Positions 49,271 through 62,908 of a stretch of DNA of 64,000 nucleotides are shown in pieces (position 1 is the stretch's first letter; every line of letters starts with the position of its first letter). Below the pieces are notes generated by a model. It had not been told where the DNA came from and made no database searches. It was given only the letters and a program-made list of their open reading frames with translations. The DNA is taken from positions 133,796,001 through 133,860,000 of the forward strand of contig NC_043000.1 in assembly GCF_006345805.1 (NCBI RefSeq), read 5' to 3'. This DNA comes from Octopus sinensis. Its lineage: Eukaryota. Position numbers and translations under genes: made by a program.

Positions 49271-50579
49271 CCACTCCTGCACCTATAAACATGGTTATAA
49301 GTTCAGTCTCACTGAGTGGCACCTTGAGCAAGTGTCTTCCATTATAGACCTGGATCAACCAAAGTCTTTTAAGAAGATTCAATAGATGGAAACTGAAAGA
49401 AGCTCAGTGTGTGTGTATGTTGTATGAGTGCATGTGTTTATGTATCTCTTCATCTTGTTTCCAGTCTTCCATGACAATGTCTCCATCTATAAGGAAATAT
49501 CCCTTTGCTTTGAAACTGATGAAGGTTGGCAACAGTAAGGTATCTAGCTGTAAAAAAACCCTGCTTCATTGAATTATGTGTGACCCATGAAAATATATAA
49601 AAGCAGACCTAAAAATAACGATAGTTTATTAAAGGAAAATTAAGACTAATGGGTAATTAAACTAGGCATTGTGAGAGTCATAGCTAATCTCATCAATATA
49701 TATATATTGGTGAGATCACCAAACTTATCACAATGAAGGAGCCTCCACATGGTCATTTGGCCCACTAGAAATAGCAACCAAAATCTTTCTCAAATACTAA
49801 GGGGCAGAGGAAGGAATTTGAAATCAGAATGATTTCAAATTCAATAGTATATGACACTTAGTCCACTGCATTGATTTTACAAACCTCCATCCAAAACATC
49901 TATGCACTTACGTTTTATGAAGTCCCTACACAGTTATAAGACATAACTATTCCTTTTAACAACAGAAATAACTGGCAGAGCAAAGACAAGTCATTAGATA
50001 TTACATATCAGTCTAACATTTTGTCTTTTCTGTACTGTTTATTAACGTATCTAAACACATGATATTTTATAAATTGTAGTTGAAGTTGATTTTTTCTTTA
50101 TACTTTTCAGTCACACCCAGTTTCAAGATACCAGAGCAAGAGCATCAAACAAATCATTGTGTGTGTGTGGGAGGCAGAAATAAAATACCAGTAATAAAAT
50201 AATTGCTTTTTTAATAAAATCCAGTCAAAGTAGGTCAGAAATGAATAGGGTTATTAATCAAAAAACGTGTGGGAAATCATTTGTATAAGAAACACAAACT
50301 GTTGCCTATATTTAAGACAGAACAATTTAATAGACTTGTATAAAGGTAAATGACTTTAGTTGTCACCTACTCAATATTTTTTTTCTTCTTTAAATTCTTG
50401 ATACCTGTTCATGAGATGACTGAAACTAGTAAATCCAGTTTACAAGTCGTCTATAAACTAGAAGCCAATCCAACCATGCAAATGAATCATTCTAGTAAAA
50501 ATATTTCAGTCAGTGGGTGGAACTTATAAGACAGAAAAAAAACTCCAGTTAAAAGTTTCACCAATATATTACATTAAAT

Positions 50580-50990
50580 CAGTGTTTCACAACCTTTTTA
50601 GCCTTGCATAACCCTGAAAATAAATTACATGCCTCAAGGAACCCCTGAACAAAAAAAATTATATAGCGTATCTTTCTCATTTTTTTTCATCATAGTTTTG
50701 ATTAGGGAGCAAATATTTAAGAAAAAGTGGAAGTGGATTGGTAACACAATTAGAAAAGACACACCAAAAGTAGCAAAAAGTGCTTTATAGTGGAAACCGG
50801 ATGGATATAGAAGGAGAGGTAGGCCTAATAACTCGTGGCAGCGATCAACACAAAGGAAATAGAGGAAGGGGGACATTCATGGCAGAGTATAAATACAGAA
50901 GCCAAAAATTATGCGACATGGAATTCAACTATAAGTGGCCTATACTCCACGTTGGAGGGTTAAAGGCAAAAAGAAAGAATATATATGTAT

Positions 50991-51026
<36 letters not shown>

Positions 51027-51162
51027 TACAATAACCAATATGTTGTGCATGTATAGTAATATCACAGTCATGAAATGAGCATATCTCACTCTTTCTCACA
51101 TAACCCCTAGGAACCTTTTGTGGACCCCTAGGATTCCAGAGAACTCCAGTTGAGAAATGTTG
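50580..51162. mobile_element. hAT-like MITE with a nested RTE 3' fragment (about 50700-50975, + strand)
   Basis: TIRs cagtgtttcacaac / gttgagaaatgttg; 8-bp TSD cattaaat / cgttaaat. The insert reads KWKWIGNTIRK...WKPDGYRRRGRPNNSW. Confidence 0.7.
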
Positions 51163-52687
51163 CGTTAAATGAAGACTTTTATGCATCCTTTTTCCTAAAG
51201 TTACCTTGCTTTTCCAGATTTACCCAAGAACATCAGGTCTTACACCTATTTTTTCTTCTAGTAAACTAGAACAAGCTGGAAAGAAATTAAACTCTCCAAA
51301 ATTTCATGTGACCCTATTTAAAATTTCTTTTTATTAACTTCTCTCCAAAAATATGGGCCACAATAATTTCTATTCCTGATCTGTTTAACTAGTATGTACC
51401 ACAAGTACTTATTTCAATACTTGAGGGAAACCAACTAAAATATGAGCTTTATTTTAACTAGTATACTACTGGTTATATGTTTCATTACTTGACAGAAGCC
51501 AAATGAAGAATGAACCTTTAGTTATAATCACTGTAGATCTTCATTCTTTCGTTATATTTCACTGCCTTATAATATCCCATTGAAACTCAAATTTTGAGTT
51601 GAAAGAAATGAAAAATCTTAAAATGCTTTTGGCACAAAAGTTAAGAAATTTCAGAACTTCAACAATTAGAAACAAAGAAAGAAGGACTAACTCAGTGAGG
51701 AAGGGTGGATGTAGGACCCTCTAGAATGCTAAATAAACTTGTGGCAGTACTCTTGCAAGCTCTGTCAACAGACTGCTGTTGACAGAGATAAGGGTGAGGA
51801 GAGCAAACCCCTTCATAAAAGCTTACTGAAAAGTATCTCTGAAAATAACTATTATAAATAATTGTTCCTAAATCAGACAAAAGAGTTTTGAGGAGAGAGG
51901 GTTAGTTGATATCAGTGACCCCACACATACACACACATCTGCCAGTATCTGATAGGCACTTTATTTTATTGAACCCAGAGGATGAAAGGCAAAGGTAACT
52001 TCAGCAGGATTTGAACTCAGAATCTAAAGAGCTGGAACAAATACTACCTTTTTATCATTTTATCCAACAGTAGTAATTCTGCCAATCCACTACTTAATCA
52101 GTTGCTGCAATATTAATCAAGGCTCACAGTAACACTATATTCATTATTACTGCATCTGAAATACTTTTAGACCAGAAAATTCAAGTGTAAGCCTCATTTG
52201 TTTATGACCTGTATAAAGGATGGTCTTCAAGCCACAGACTAAGCAATCCTAAAGGCATCCTTATATAAAGTATATTCAGCTCACCAACACACTTCAGCTA
52301 CTAACCTGTAGGAGTGTTATTCTTTCTGTAAATTCTTCTCCATTTATTATAGCAGCTTCTGTTTCTTATAACCAGCAGGCTGCATATCCCAATGCATAAC
52401 TATACATCCACCCACTTATCTTGCCCACCAAATTCTATACAAACATTTTACTCAACTTTTTCAACTGAGGACTAATATTCTAAGAATCCTCTCTGTCAGC
52501 AGCAATCTGCAGAAGCTGATCAGTCACCATCTGCTAGAACTTGCAAGGGTGCTGCCATTCCTTAAAATAAACACTCACACCCATTACACACATTATTACT
52601 CATTCCTGGTCAAGTTTCTAACAAATCACAAAGTCACTGGTTACATCTTAAATTTCTAGGATTTTACTAAAAGAAAATTCCAAACAA

Positions 52688-52920
52688 AGGCGTTGAGCTG
52701 GCAGAAACATTAGCACACCGGGTGAAATGCTCAGCGGTATTTTGTCTGCTGTTACGTTCTGAGTTCAAATTCTGCCGAGGTGAACTTTGCCTTTCATCCT
52801 TTCGGGGTCGATAAATTAAGTACCAGTTATACACTGGGGTCGATGTAATCGACCTAACCTGTTTGTCTGTCCTTGTTTGTCCCCTCTATGTTTAGCCCCT
52901 TGTGGGCAATAAAGAAATAT
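52688..52920 (+). mobile_element. SINE family C
   Basis: ggcgttgagctggcagaaac...gagttcaaattc...ggggtcgat...aataaagaaata; matches the reverse complement of 60017-60247. Confidence 0.85.
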
Positions 52921-55127
52921 GAAAATTCCAAACAAATTAAATGATGGCTCTTTTTTACAGAGTTCGGCAAGAAACCTGTTCTGTTCCTTTCTCTCATACA
53001 TTTACACCTCATCTCCTAGCATAATGCCACTTCTCTTTCTACTGCAGCCCAATTCAGCTGAAGGGAATCAGTCTTGCAAACTGCATGCTGACCCCACTTA
53101 TGGTAGTGCCATGAGAAAAAGTACCCAATACACACTGTAAAGTGGTTGGTGTTTGGAAGGGTACCCCATCATAGAAACCAAAGCAGGTATTAGAGCACAA
53201 TATAGTTCATAGGCACATCAGACTCTATCAAACCATCCAACCCATGCCAGCATGAAACATGCCTGTTAAATGATGAGAATACACACACACCCACACATGC
53301 ACACTTATTACTCCATCCTAAATCGAAATATTAGATTCTGGCTTCTGAAAATATAAACCTATAAAATATGACTAACAGATATAAAAAAACTGCATCTTAA
53401 GAAAACAAAAATATGCCTAGAAACGAAGTGTGAGTGTGTGTAAGAGAGAGAGAGAGAGATCATATATTTATAGCATTGCCAAGAGATGAAATAACTAAAC
53501 AAATGCACAAATCCATATTTTCTGTTAGTTACAGGTGTATATACAAAAGTGAATCCCAAAGTAAATGACAAGTAAAAGAATCAATTTACTCCTAACATCA
53601 CATTTATTTGCATAAATAATTACATTAATGCTTTCGTCTAAAGCATTTGTGTAGCTTCTTAGAAGATAGAATTCAACTCCCACAAGACAAAGCAGACATC
53701 TTAATCCACCTTATGAACTGTGTGTGTGTATGTGTATATATATATATATATATAATATATATATATATGAGAGAAGTGCAAGGACATACTATATATATTA
53801 AATTCTAGTGCAGCTTATATTGTCAAAATGTTCTTGTTTGCAAGATGTACCAAATCCTGTTTAAACCACTTCATACATCTGGTACCCCAAACTAATATTT
53901 ATCCATGAACAAAACTAAAATCAAACTCCAATGTTCCAAGCAGATTTAATTATACACTAACACTAATCCAACTATGCCCTTCTCCATTATTATAATTATG
54001 TTATAATTATTGTATCCATGTTGCAACATCTGATGTTTTTCTAATAATTGTTTACTGTTTTTGAAGAACATTATTAAGCCTGCCTTCAGAAAATACCTTG
54101 CTTAATAAAAGGAACCACGAAGTTTCTCTCCATCTAAAATGTTGTTGAACAGACTTTCATATTTTCACAAAAAGTTCAAATAGTAGAATTAATTTCATGC
54201 TGTGAGGAAAAGAAATTACATGTAGGACCCCTCACAGAATTTTTTTGCCAAAAGGCATAAAATTTAATCGAATATTTGAACTTCACATATCACTATTTAC
54301 TAACACAGACCATCACTAGTTTTTACAGAATATCACAACAACCAAAGCTAATTTTTAATACTCATTGCATATCTTGCCTTCTCAGTTGCTTGCTGCTATT
54401 CCCTAGTCAGTATAGGTTATATGAGGGATTGGAGAATAACCACTGATGTATGCCAGGTAAATAAATAACTGAATTTGGTGGTTAACTAAAAAGTGTTTTG
54501 TGTTCTTGTTAGTGAGAGGCTATAAAGAAATCTTCAACATTAACAAACATCAGAAGCATTGTCAAAAGCAAAAGATAAACTCAAGTAAGGTTTGTATCTG
54601 TGAATGTTTCAGTTACATGAGAAACACTAGTAACAGCATGAAGTGTAATTTTTATTTATTTAATGGCTTACTCAGATCATCATCCTCTGACTAACAACAG
54701 GCCTTTTTTCAAGACCACTGTGACTGGTTTGAGGAATGGACAAAGTTATTTTCAGACTAGAGGCTGGCTTGGATGCTTACAATAGAATGAATAAACTCTA
54801 CTAATGACACATGAGCTAAATAGTGGTATTAAAGTAGGTAACATATTAAGTTTGCCACTCAAGAACAGGAATAGCCCATTTGACTGTCTTCCACATAGTT
54901 TCAAGCAAATTTCACTTGGTTGACTCAAGGCTATGCTAAAAACACACAGAAGGACTGAACTTGGAATCACATAGTTGCAAAGCAAACCTTATAACCACAG
55001 TCATGCCAGCATTGATCTTAGTAATGCAAAATCAAGGGAGCTGTAGTAGTAATAATGCTTCAGAATTTCATTAGCAACAGCATAGACTGAAAGTGTAGCG
55101 TATACATACATACATGCATGCATGCAT

Positions 55128-55158
<31 letters not shown>

Positions 55159-55463
55159 CCCCTTGGTTATTATGTGTTGGGCACAGTTGAACAAGAGACC
55201 AACAAAACTTCTTGTAACACCAATGATGAACTGATGGCAAAGACTATGGCAACATTCACCAACTTGAACAAGGATACCATCAAGAAGAGTTGCAGGAGAT
55301 TCCGAAGTCATATGGAGGCTGTGGTTGAAGCCGATTTTATTGCATAAATTTACCCTAATATTTCATGATATTTTAATGTAATTTTGGTAAATATATCTGT
55401 TAAAATGCGAAGTCAATGTTATTTTCATTTTTGCGTAATTTAGACAATATATTCACTGCACCT

Positions 55464-55523
<60 letters not shown>

Positions 55524-55530
55524 TATATAT

Positions 55531-55740
55531 AGTTAATCCAAACATGAAATCACCAAGAGAAAACACAACGCGGGGACATGGAACAAGTATAGTGTTATTG
55601 GATGTTCAGGAAAGGAAAGAAAAAAGGAGGATTTAACATTTTGAGTGGAGCTCTTCATCAGAAACATAGAAAAAGGAAAGATCCAAGGAAGGGAAGACAG
55701 AGTAAAAAAAAAATCGCCAACGATACACACGTGGTCACAT
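55531..55740 (-). mobile_element. Second family H1 solo unit; hammerhead (55631-55665) decayed
   Basis: GUUU CUGAUGA A GAGC UCC ACUC AAAAU GUU AAAU; all three inferred CpGs are mutated. Confidence 0.75.
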
Positions 55741-57287
55741 TGAATATATATCTATGATATTTTAGTTCTTATTGGCAAAAGGGGCAAGCCTCCTTAGCAT
55801 CAGAAATCAGTCTAATAATTAAATCTAGATTTGATACCAGAAAAGTATTGAGTAGATTATCAGAACTACAACAGAAATTTATTTTAATTACAACAAAAAT
55901 CTTTAATCTGCAAAAAATGGTTTCCTTCTTTCATGCATATCTGTATTCCAGCTCCACAGAAAATAGTCATCACTGAATAATTAATTGTTTTAGTAAAGAT
56001 GTTACTGTGGAATAGGTTAACGGTCTGTTGATAGCTTCTTTAACACTCAAAATTATGTAAGCACAAGGATTTTGATGACTAAGCTAATATTTGGTTATAG
56101 TCTAATCCACATTAATACATGTTAAATTTTTAGCTGATGATATTTAATTAGGTTTATGGGTATTTGCTAATTAAAAACATTTAAAGACTTTCAAAAATGT
56201 AAATAACATTTATTAAGAACTAATAATTCCTTCAAAAATTTCTATTGTTTATGTTGAAAACAATTCACATTGCTGTTTAATGCCTAGATTTGGCATGGCC
56301 CCAGTAATAGAGCATTGACTGCCCAAGTTATCTGTACAGGATTTTATTATCATGTGGAGTCTGGTGCAAATTGTGACTACACAGTCTAGATGAAAAATAT
56401 CTCTAGCATTCACATTGCGGATTATTTAATAGTTAAAAATAAATCGGATTTAATCTAACTTTACTCTTAATAACAAGTAGTGTATGGATAACGCTAAATT
56501 ATTTTTTGTTTGGATTAATTCAGCCAATTCATATTGTATAAGTAAACAATCAGTCTTGGCTCCTGATTTTCAGCGAGAATAAACAAATTAAGACCATAAT
56601 GCAGAACCCTGTATCAGATACAAACAAAACGAATTTGGAAGTTAAACTAAACAAGCACAGTGTTTTATTACTTTATAAAAGAAATAAAAAATAAATTCAA
56701 GTAACTTGAAATATTTCATAACTTTCTATTCTTGCAATATTTAATGTTGCTAGCTACTTCAGTTGAGTAGGATTTCTTTAAAAAATAAATTAATCATACC
56801 TCTCAAGATTATTTCACTGTTCAATGCTATTATCCAGAAGGTATTTCTTATTCTTCATCTCCCATTTGTTAATGGGGAAGCCACAAACAAACAGCTTTTA
56901 ATAAAGACAGCTCCGAACATGCTTAGTTGTCGCCAGTTATACTTGACGTAAATGAAAAGCATAATAACCACCAATGAAAGCAGAATTGAATAAATTTAAT
57001 AATATGGTACTTGTTTTAATCATTAGGTGAGGAATGAAATTTAGGCCACTGATAGGAACACAAATTTGGAATGAGTTTTCACAACCATATGCTGTTAATC
57101 AATAATGACAATGGGAACCTATTTTATAGAATGAAAATAGTTATAATAGCAATTCATTTTATTGAGAATCATTATAAAAAAGATAAAAACTGTCAAGCAA
57201 TCTATGATATTTATTCCAGAAGGGAAACTGAGTAACTGGTTGACATAAGAACCAAATATGTTATAAAGGTGTTATAATATGTTATAT

Positions 57288-57459
57288 AGGCGTATGAGTG
57301 GCGGTGTGGTAAGTAGCTTGCTTACCAACCACATGGTTCCGGGTTCAGTCCCACTGCATGGCACTTAGGGCAAGTGTCTTCTACTATAGCCTCGGGCTGA
57401 CCAAAGCCTTGTGAGTGGATTTGGTAGACAGAAACTGAAAGAAGCCTGTCGTATATATG

Positions 57460-57509
<50 letters not shown>

Positions 57510-57736
57510 TGCACGCATGTGTGTTTGTGTGTCTGTGTTTGTCCCCCCAACATCGCTTGAGGACCGATGCTGGTGTGTTTACGTCCCCATAACTTAGCAG
57601 TTCGGCAAAAGAGACTGATAGAATAAGTACTAGGCTTACAAAGAATAAACTCTGGGGGTCGATTTGCTTGAATAAAGGTGGTGCTCCAGCATGGCCACAT
57701 TCAAATGACTGAAACAAGTAAAAGAGAGTAAAAGAG
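57288..57736 (+). mobile_element. SINE family A full-length copy with (TG)n core
   Basis: Head, core, body and tail as at 30959. Confidence 0.9.
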
Positions 57737-58680
57737 ATGCAACTTTGCTGAATCAAAAATGGTGCAAACAATTCCTATTTTGTCACTAGCACTGCAGAGT
57801 ATATCAGAAACATTCAACTCTGTGATCCTGTTGATCCAGGTGTTAATGGATTCCATAAAAAGGTACTCTGTTGCTACCAAACATTAGTTTCAATTTAACT
57901 TTGTGATTGATTTGATAAGAGGCATCTCAGAAACATTTTAACTGTGGAGCCTTTTAAGAGAAGTATGTCAGAGTTGACAAATACAATATATAATCAATAA
58001 GCAAGCTTATGATCAAGGTAAATTCTTCTAGGAAAACAGAAACGCTAATCCTTTTCCACAAGGTCAATGATAAATTCCAGTTTTCCCAATATTAAGCAAT
58101 TTAGAGCGCTGTGTGCCCTTGGTGATGACTGTGATTTATAACAAATAACTTAGCTTTTTCTCGAAGAGGAGTCCAACTTAGCAATGCAAACCAATGAAAC
58201 ACTAGGAAATTTCAAAGTGCTTCCACTGCTTTCAGCAGTGGATTATACCAGCTATCTAGAAACAGGCAAGCCAGTGATGCAGCCTCTACATGGTCATTCA
58301 TCTTGCTAGAAATATCACCTAAATCTCTATCAAATCTAAGATGAACACATTGGATAAAGCCCTGTCTGGAATAAAGACTGGGTAGTTATGACTGGAACAT
58401 CAGACCACAGATCTGTTCATTAAGGGTTGATCTTAGGTTAAACAACAAGAAAAAAGCCCTGGAATTTTGCCATAGAGAGTTATGTATTTTAGCTGAAGAT
58501 TCCATAGCAACTGGATACAAACTGCCATACACTTAACTAGTTATCTGATACTTTTATAATATATTTCAAGTTAAACATGTGCCATTAAACCTCATATTTC
58601 CACTTTAATTACTATTTCTACATTCTAACATTGCACATGCTACAGCACACTAACTCTATATATCCAAACACACACACAAT

Positions 58681-59490
58681 TCATCATCATCATTTGATAT
58701 CCCTTGTCCATGCTGGCATGAGTTGGATGGTTTTACGAGGGCAAGCTGAGGAACTGCACTGACACCAGTCTGATTTGGCATGATTTCTATGGCTGGATGC
58801 CCTTCCTAGCACCAGCCACTCAGAGTGTAATGGGTGCTTTTATGTGCCACCAGCACTGGTGCCAGTTACAGGACACTGACATTGGCCATAGCTATGATTT
58901 CACTTGGCTTGAAAGGTCTTCTCAAGCACAGCATATCACTAAAGGTTTCAGTCACTACTCATTGTCTCAATGAGACCCAGCATTTGAAGACCATGCTTCA
59001 CCACTTTGTCCCACGTCTTCCTGGGTCTATCTCTTCCATAGTTTCTCTCCACAGTTAGAGACCAGTACTTTTTTACACAGCTGTCCTCATCCATATGCAT
59101 CATATGACCACACCTGTGCTGTTGTCTCTCCTGCACACCATATCTGATGCCTATTATGCCCAACTTTTCTCTCAAGATGCTGTTGTACATGCACACTAAC
59201 CTTACACATCCAGTGAAGCATGCTAGCTTCATTTCTTTCAATCTGATCTGGTAATGTTTCTACAGCAGGATGACGTTCCTAACGCCAACCACTCTGAGAG
59301 TGTAGTGGATGCTTTTTATGTGTCAACCACACAGGAGCCAGTCAGGTGTGCCTGGCATTGATCACATTCAGATAGTGCTTTTTACATGCCGACAGCACAG
59401 GAGCCAGTCAGTGGGTACTGGCATTGGCCATGATTGGTTGGTGCTTTTTATGTGCCACCAGCATGGGGGCCAGTCAGGGGGCACTGGTCA
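58681..59490 (-). mobile_element. Family B ends plus RTE C-terminal coding fragment
   Basis: ORF 58948..59241 reads ...GHMMHMDEDSCVKKYWSLTVERNYGRDRPRKTWDKVVKH. Confidence 0.8.
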
Positions 59491-60014
59491 CACATTATGA
59501 ATACTTTTGAAGAAAATTCACATAATATAATCAGCTTCCTCTCCTCTCAGCCAATTTGAATAATATTAGCTTACATTATAGTATTAAACTAGTTTTTGAA
59601 TGACAAACAGACAGACACTTGGTTTTTAGATGAAATATTAAAACGGTATAGTCACAGTTGATTCAGATATTTAAAAAATGTAACTCTTATTAAATATGTC
59701 AACAACCTTGCTCAATACCTCTTTGTTTTTGTTTTATATATACAGTGAATATATTTTAAGAGGTTTACTTATATAAAAGCAGCAGACCAATTTCTATACA
59801 ATTTGGATTGAATAGTTATACTTATGTTGTTTTTTTAATTGTGTAATTCCTAAGAAGTTGTTTGTCAATGAGGGGTTCAGTAAGCCAAAATATGGTACTG
59901 AACTACTGACTGAAGAGCTGGTAGTTGGTACCCCAACATCAGTGACATATCAGAGGCAAATATATTTAACTCTCTCTTTCTCAATGGCACACATTACCTA
60001 ACTGTAAATAGCTA

Positions 60015-60249
60015 CCTATTTCTTTACTATCCACAAGGGGCTAAACATAGAGGGGACAAACAAGGACAGACAAAGGGATTAAGTCGATTACATTGACCCC
60101 AGTGCATAACTGGTATTTATTTAATCGACCTCGAAAGGATGAAAGGCAAAGTCGACCTCGGCAGAATTTGAACTCAGAACATAGCGGCAGACGAAATACC
60201 GCTAAGCATTTCACCTGGCATACTAACGTTTCTGCCAGCTCGCGGCCTT
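60015..60249 (-). mobile_element. SINE family C, young copy with TSD
   Basis: 14-bp TSD act(g/a)taaatagcta at 60001-60014 and 60250-60263. Confidence 0.88.
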
Positions 60250-60428
60250 ACTATAAATAGCTAACATAAGTGCAGTTCACTGACAAGTGTGTCACAATTT
60301 TGCACTCAAACAGAATTAGATTGTAGAGGATTTGGCACTGTTGTTCTGTCCTGCTAGAACCTCTCCATGCTCTAGTAACACAACAAACCATGTCTAGATA
60401 TCACTCCTTTTAATATGACTATATAAAC

Positions 60429-60665
60429 CATCATCATTATCATCGTTTAACGTCCGTTTTCCATGCTAGCATGGGTTGGACAGATCGACCGGGGTCTGGG
60501 AAACCAGGAGGCTGCACCGGGCTCCAGTCTGATCTGGCAGTGTTTCTACAGCTGGATGCCCTTCCTAACACCAACCACTCCATGAGTGTAGTGGGTGCTT
60601 TTTACATGCCACCAGCACAGGGGCCAGAGGAGAATGGCAAATGGCCACGATCGGTTGGTGCTTTT
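60429..60665 (-). mobile_element. Family B RTE-type 3' end
   Basis: catcatcattatcatcgtttaacgtccgttttccatgctagc... Confidence 0.85.
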
Positions 60666-61410
60666 TAATTATTTCCAAGTTACCCATTTTTTGCTTAATC
60701 TAACAAAATTTTAATACATTCACCCCTAAAAACTACAAAAGAATTCTTGAGTGTTTGTAAAAGTAAATTCTAGGTTGCTCAAAGCTGCAATTTCAAGCTC
60801 TGAAAGTTAAGATGCATGCGTAAGACAACAGAAGTAACAACTATAATCTATAATAATTGTCTGGGCAATACAAACAAATATGATAAACTCAGGGAAAACA
60901 AATGGAACTCAAATATTATGAAGAGAATCAAGAGATAAGATAGAAAAAAAAACTGCCTTTGACTTTAGAGATGTTATAGCCAAAAGAGAAAGGTGAGACA
61001 TAAAAAACTTAGGAAGTGGAATAGTTAACTGGATTTGAAAAATTAACCAGCACAGATGAAATAAACTAAGCTAAAGATTCACAGAAAATGTCTGGCTATT
61101 CAGTAGGCCAGTTCTACTCATATTAACAGAATATATCCAATACAAATCTAATAATGATTGATGAAAATGATAGAAAGAAATATGGTGAGAATTGTGGCAA
61201 TAACAGGTGATGACAAAGAGATAACAGAGTGATTATAAAGAAATGTCAAGGATCAATACAGAGCTATAAAAATATCTAAGCCTACACTTGACTGCCAGAA
61301 CATCAATTAATATAAAAGTATCAAACCCATTATGTACATGTGTGTGTATGCGCGTGTGTGTGTGTGTGCGCGTGTGTATGTATGTATATATATATATATA
61401 ATATATATAT

Positions 61411-62062
61411 ATAAAATACAAAATGGGACAAGAACGCAAAACATCTGGAGAGCTAGGTGATACAAAAAGGGACAACAAAACATCCAGATAGACGATACAA
61501 AAAAACAAGGACAGGTCATTCGAAGCTTTCTATCCTCAATCAAAAACCGGATCATCCTTGCAATTTCAGCTGATTAATCTTGAGATTGCGCCAATCTGGC
61601 CATCCCCAAGGAAAAACTAAGCTAAGAGCATTAGATTCCTTGGAAGAAAGCATCGAATGTATACGAAAACAAGGACAGAAAAACAGATGATGTTACACGA
61701 ATATAAATACAAAATGCAATAAAAATAATAATAATAACAGGTCATAACAACAGGTGTCTTTCGACTGGGGACGAATTGAATTCAGCTGGTGTGTGTGAAA
61801 ATGAAGCCTTATGGCAGAGATACAAAACTTTCACAAACACAGGAAAGAACATCGATGTAGAAGTGACTACAGTCAGATGCAAAATAGGGGCTAGCAGTCT
61901 GGCCTATCGGTCACGTGAGGATCCAGTTCTTGACTGAGGATAGAAAGCTTCAAATGACCCGTCCTTGTTTTTTTGTATCGTCTATCTGGATGTTTTGTTG
62001 TCCCTTTTTGTATCACCTAGTTGTTCGGATGTTTTGCGTTCTTGTCCCATTTTGTATTTTAT
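61411..62062. repeat. Fold-back element: 143-bp arms (61411-61553 / 61920-62062, about 9 mismatches), 366-bp spacer, TA-flanked
   Basis: Direct comparison of arms. A related single arm lies at 2655-2816. Confidence 0.92.
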
Positions 62063-62065
62063 ATA

Positions 62066-62229
62066 TCATCATCATCGTTTAACGTCCGCTTTCCATGCTA
62101 GCATGGGTTGGACAGTTCAACTGGGGTCTGGGAAGCCAGACGGCTACACCAGGCCCAGTCTGATCTGGCAGTGTTTCTACAACTGGATGCCCTTCCTAAC
62201 GCCAACCACTCCTTGAGTGTAGTGGGTGC
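62066..62229 (-). mobile_element. Family B RTE-type 3' end
   Basis: catcatcatcgtttaacgtccgctttccatgctagc... Confidence 0.85.
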
Positions 62230-62474
62230 TGGTGCCCCAGCATGGCCACAGCTCATGAGCTGAAACTAGATTAAAATGAATAAAAATGAAATATATTTAT
62301 ATATATAGCGGCGTACGTACACATTATTCTTATATATATATATATATATATATGAAAAAAAGTCAAGATATATATATATATATATATATGTAGGTCCCGG
62401 GTTGAATCGGGGTTAACCACAGTAAATAAGGTACTCAATACATAGCAGAGTAAATTAATTTATTTTATAGAAGG

Positions 62475-62525
62475 AGCTTCTACAGGACTAGAACTGTTTC
62501 ATTCAAAAGAAATCATCAGGAAGCT
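62475..62525 (-). ncRNA. Type I hammerhead ribozyme (CUGAUGA core), left arm
   Basis: AGCUUC CUGAUGA UUUC-UUUU-GAAU GAA ACAG-UUCUAGUC-CUGU A|GAAGCU. Confidence 0.78.
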
Positions 62526-62847
62526 AGGTGACAAGAGTAGTTTTGGCATTTATACATTTAGGCAGGTTTAAAGGGGTGGTGGTGGGGGACTCTTTTGGGG
62601 TAGGCATGGCGCAAACTATCATTCTTAGGGGAGTGGTCAAAGGAATCGGTGGTAAAGTAGATAAAAGAATAAAACTCTATTTTTCTATTTATTCTTTTAT
62701 TTATTCTTTTATCTACTTTACCACCGATTCCTTTGACCACTCCCCTAAGAATGATAGTTTGCGCCATGCCTACCCCAAAAAAGTCCCCCACCACCACCCC
62801 TTTAAACCTGCCTAAGTGTATAAATGCCAAAACTACTCTTGTCACCT

Positions 62848-62898
62848 AGCTTCCTGAGGATTTCTTTTGAATGAAACAGTTCTAGTCCTGTAGAAGCT
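62848..62898 (+). ncRNA. Type I hammerhead ribozyme (CUGAGGA core), right arm; predicted cleavage 62892/62893
   Basis: 6-bp stem I AGCUUC/GAAGCU, 4-bp stem III ACAG/CUGU, GUA cleavage triplet; differs from the left copy only at free position N7. Confidence 0.78.
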
Positions 62899-62908
62899 CC
62901 TTCTATAA

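Noticed and set aside
61933-61965. CTGAGGA...GAATGACCCGTC in the 61.4/61.9/2.7-kb arm family as a hammerhead
   Set aside because: No GAAA-C geometry, a weak stem II and no stem I pairing could be built. At best a degenerate relic.
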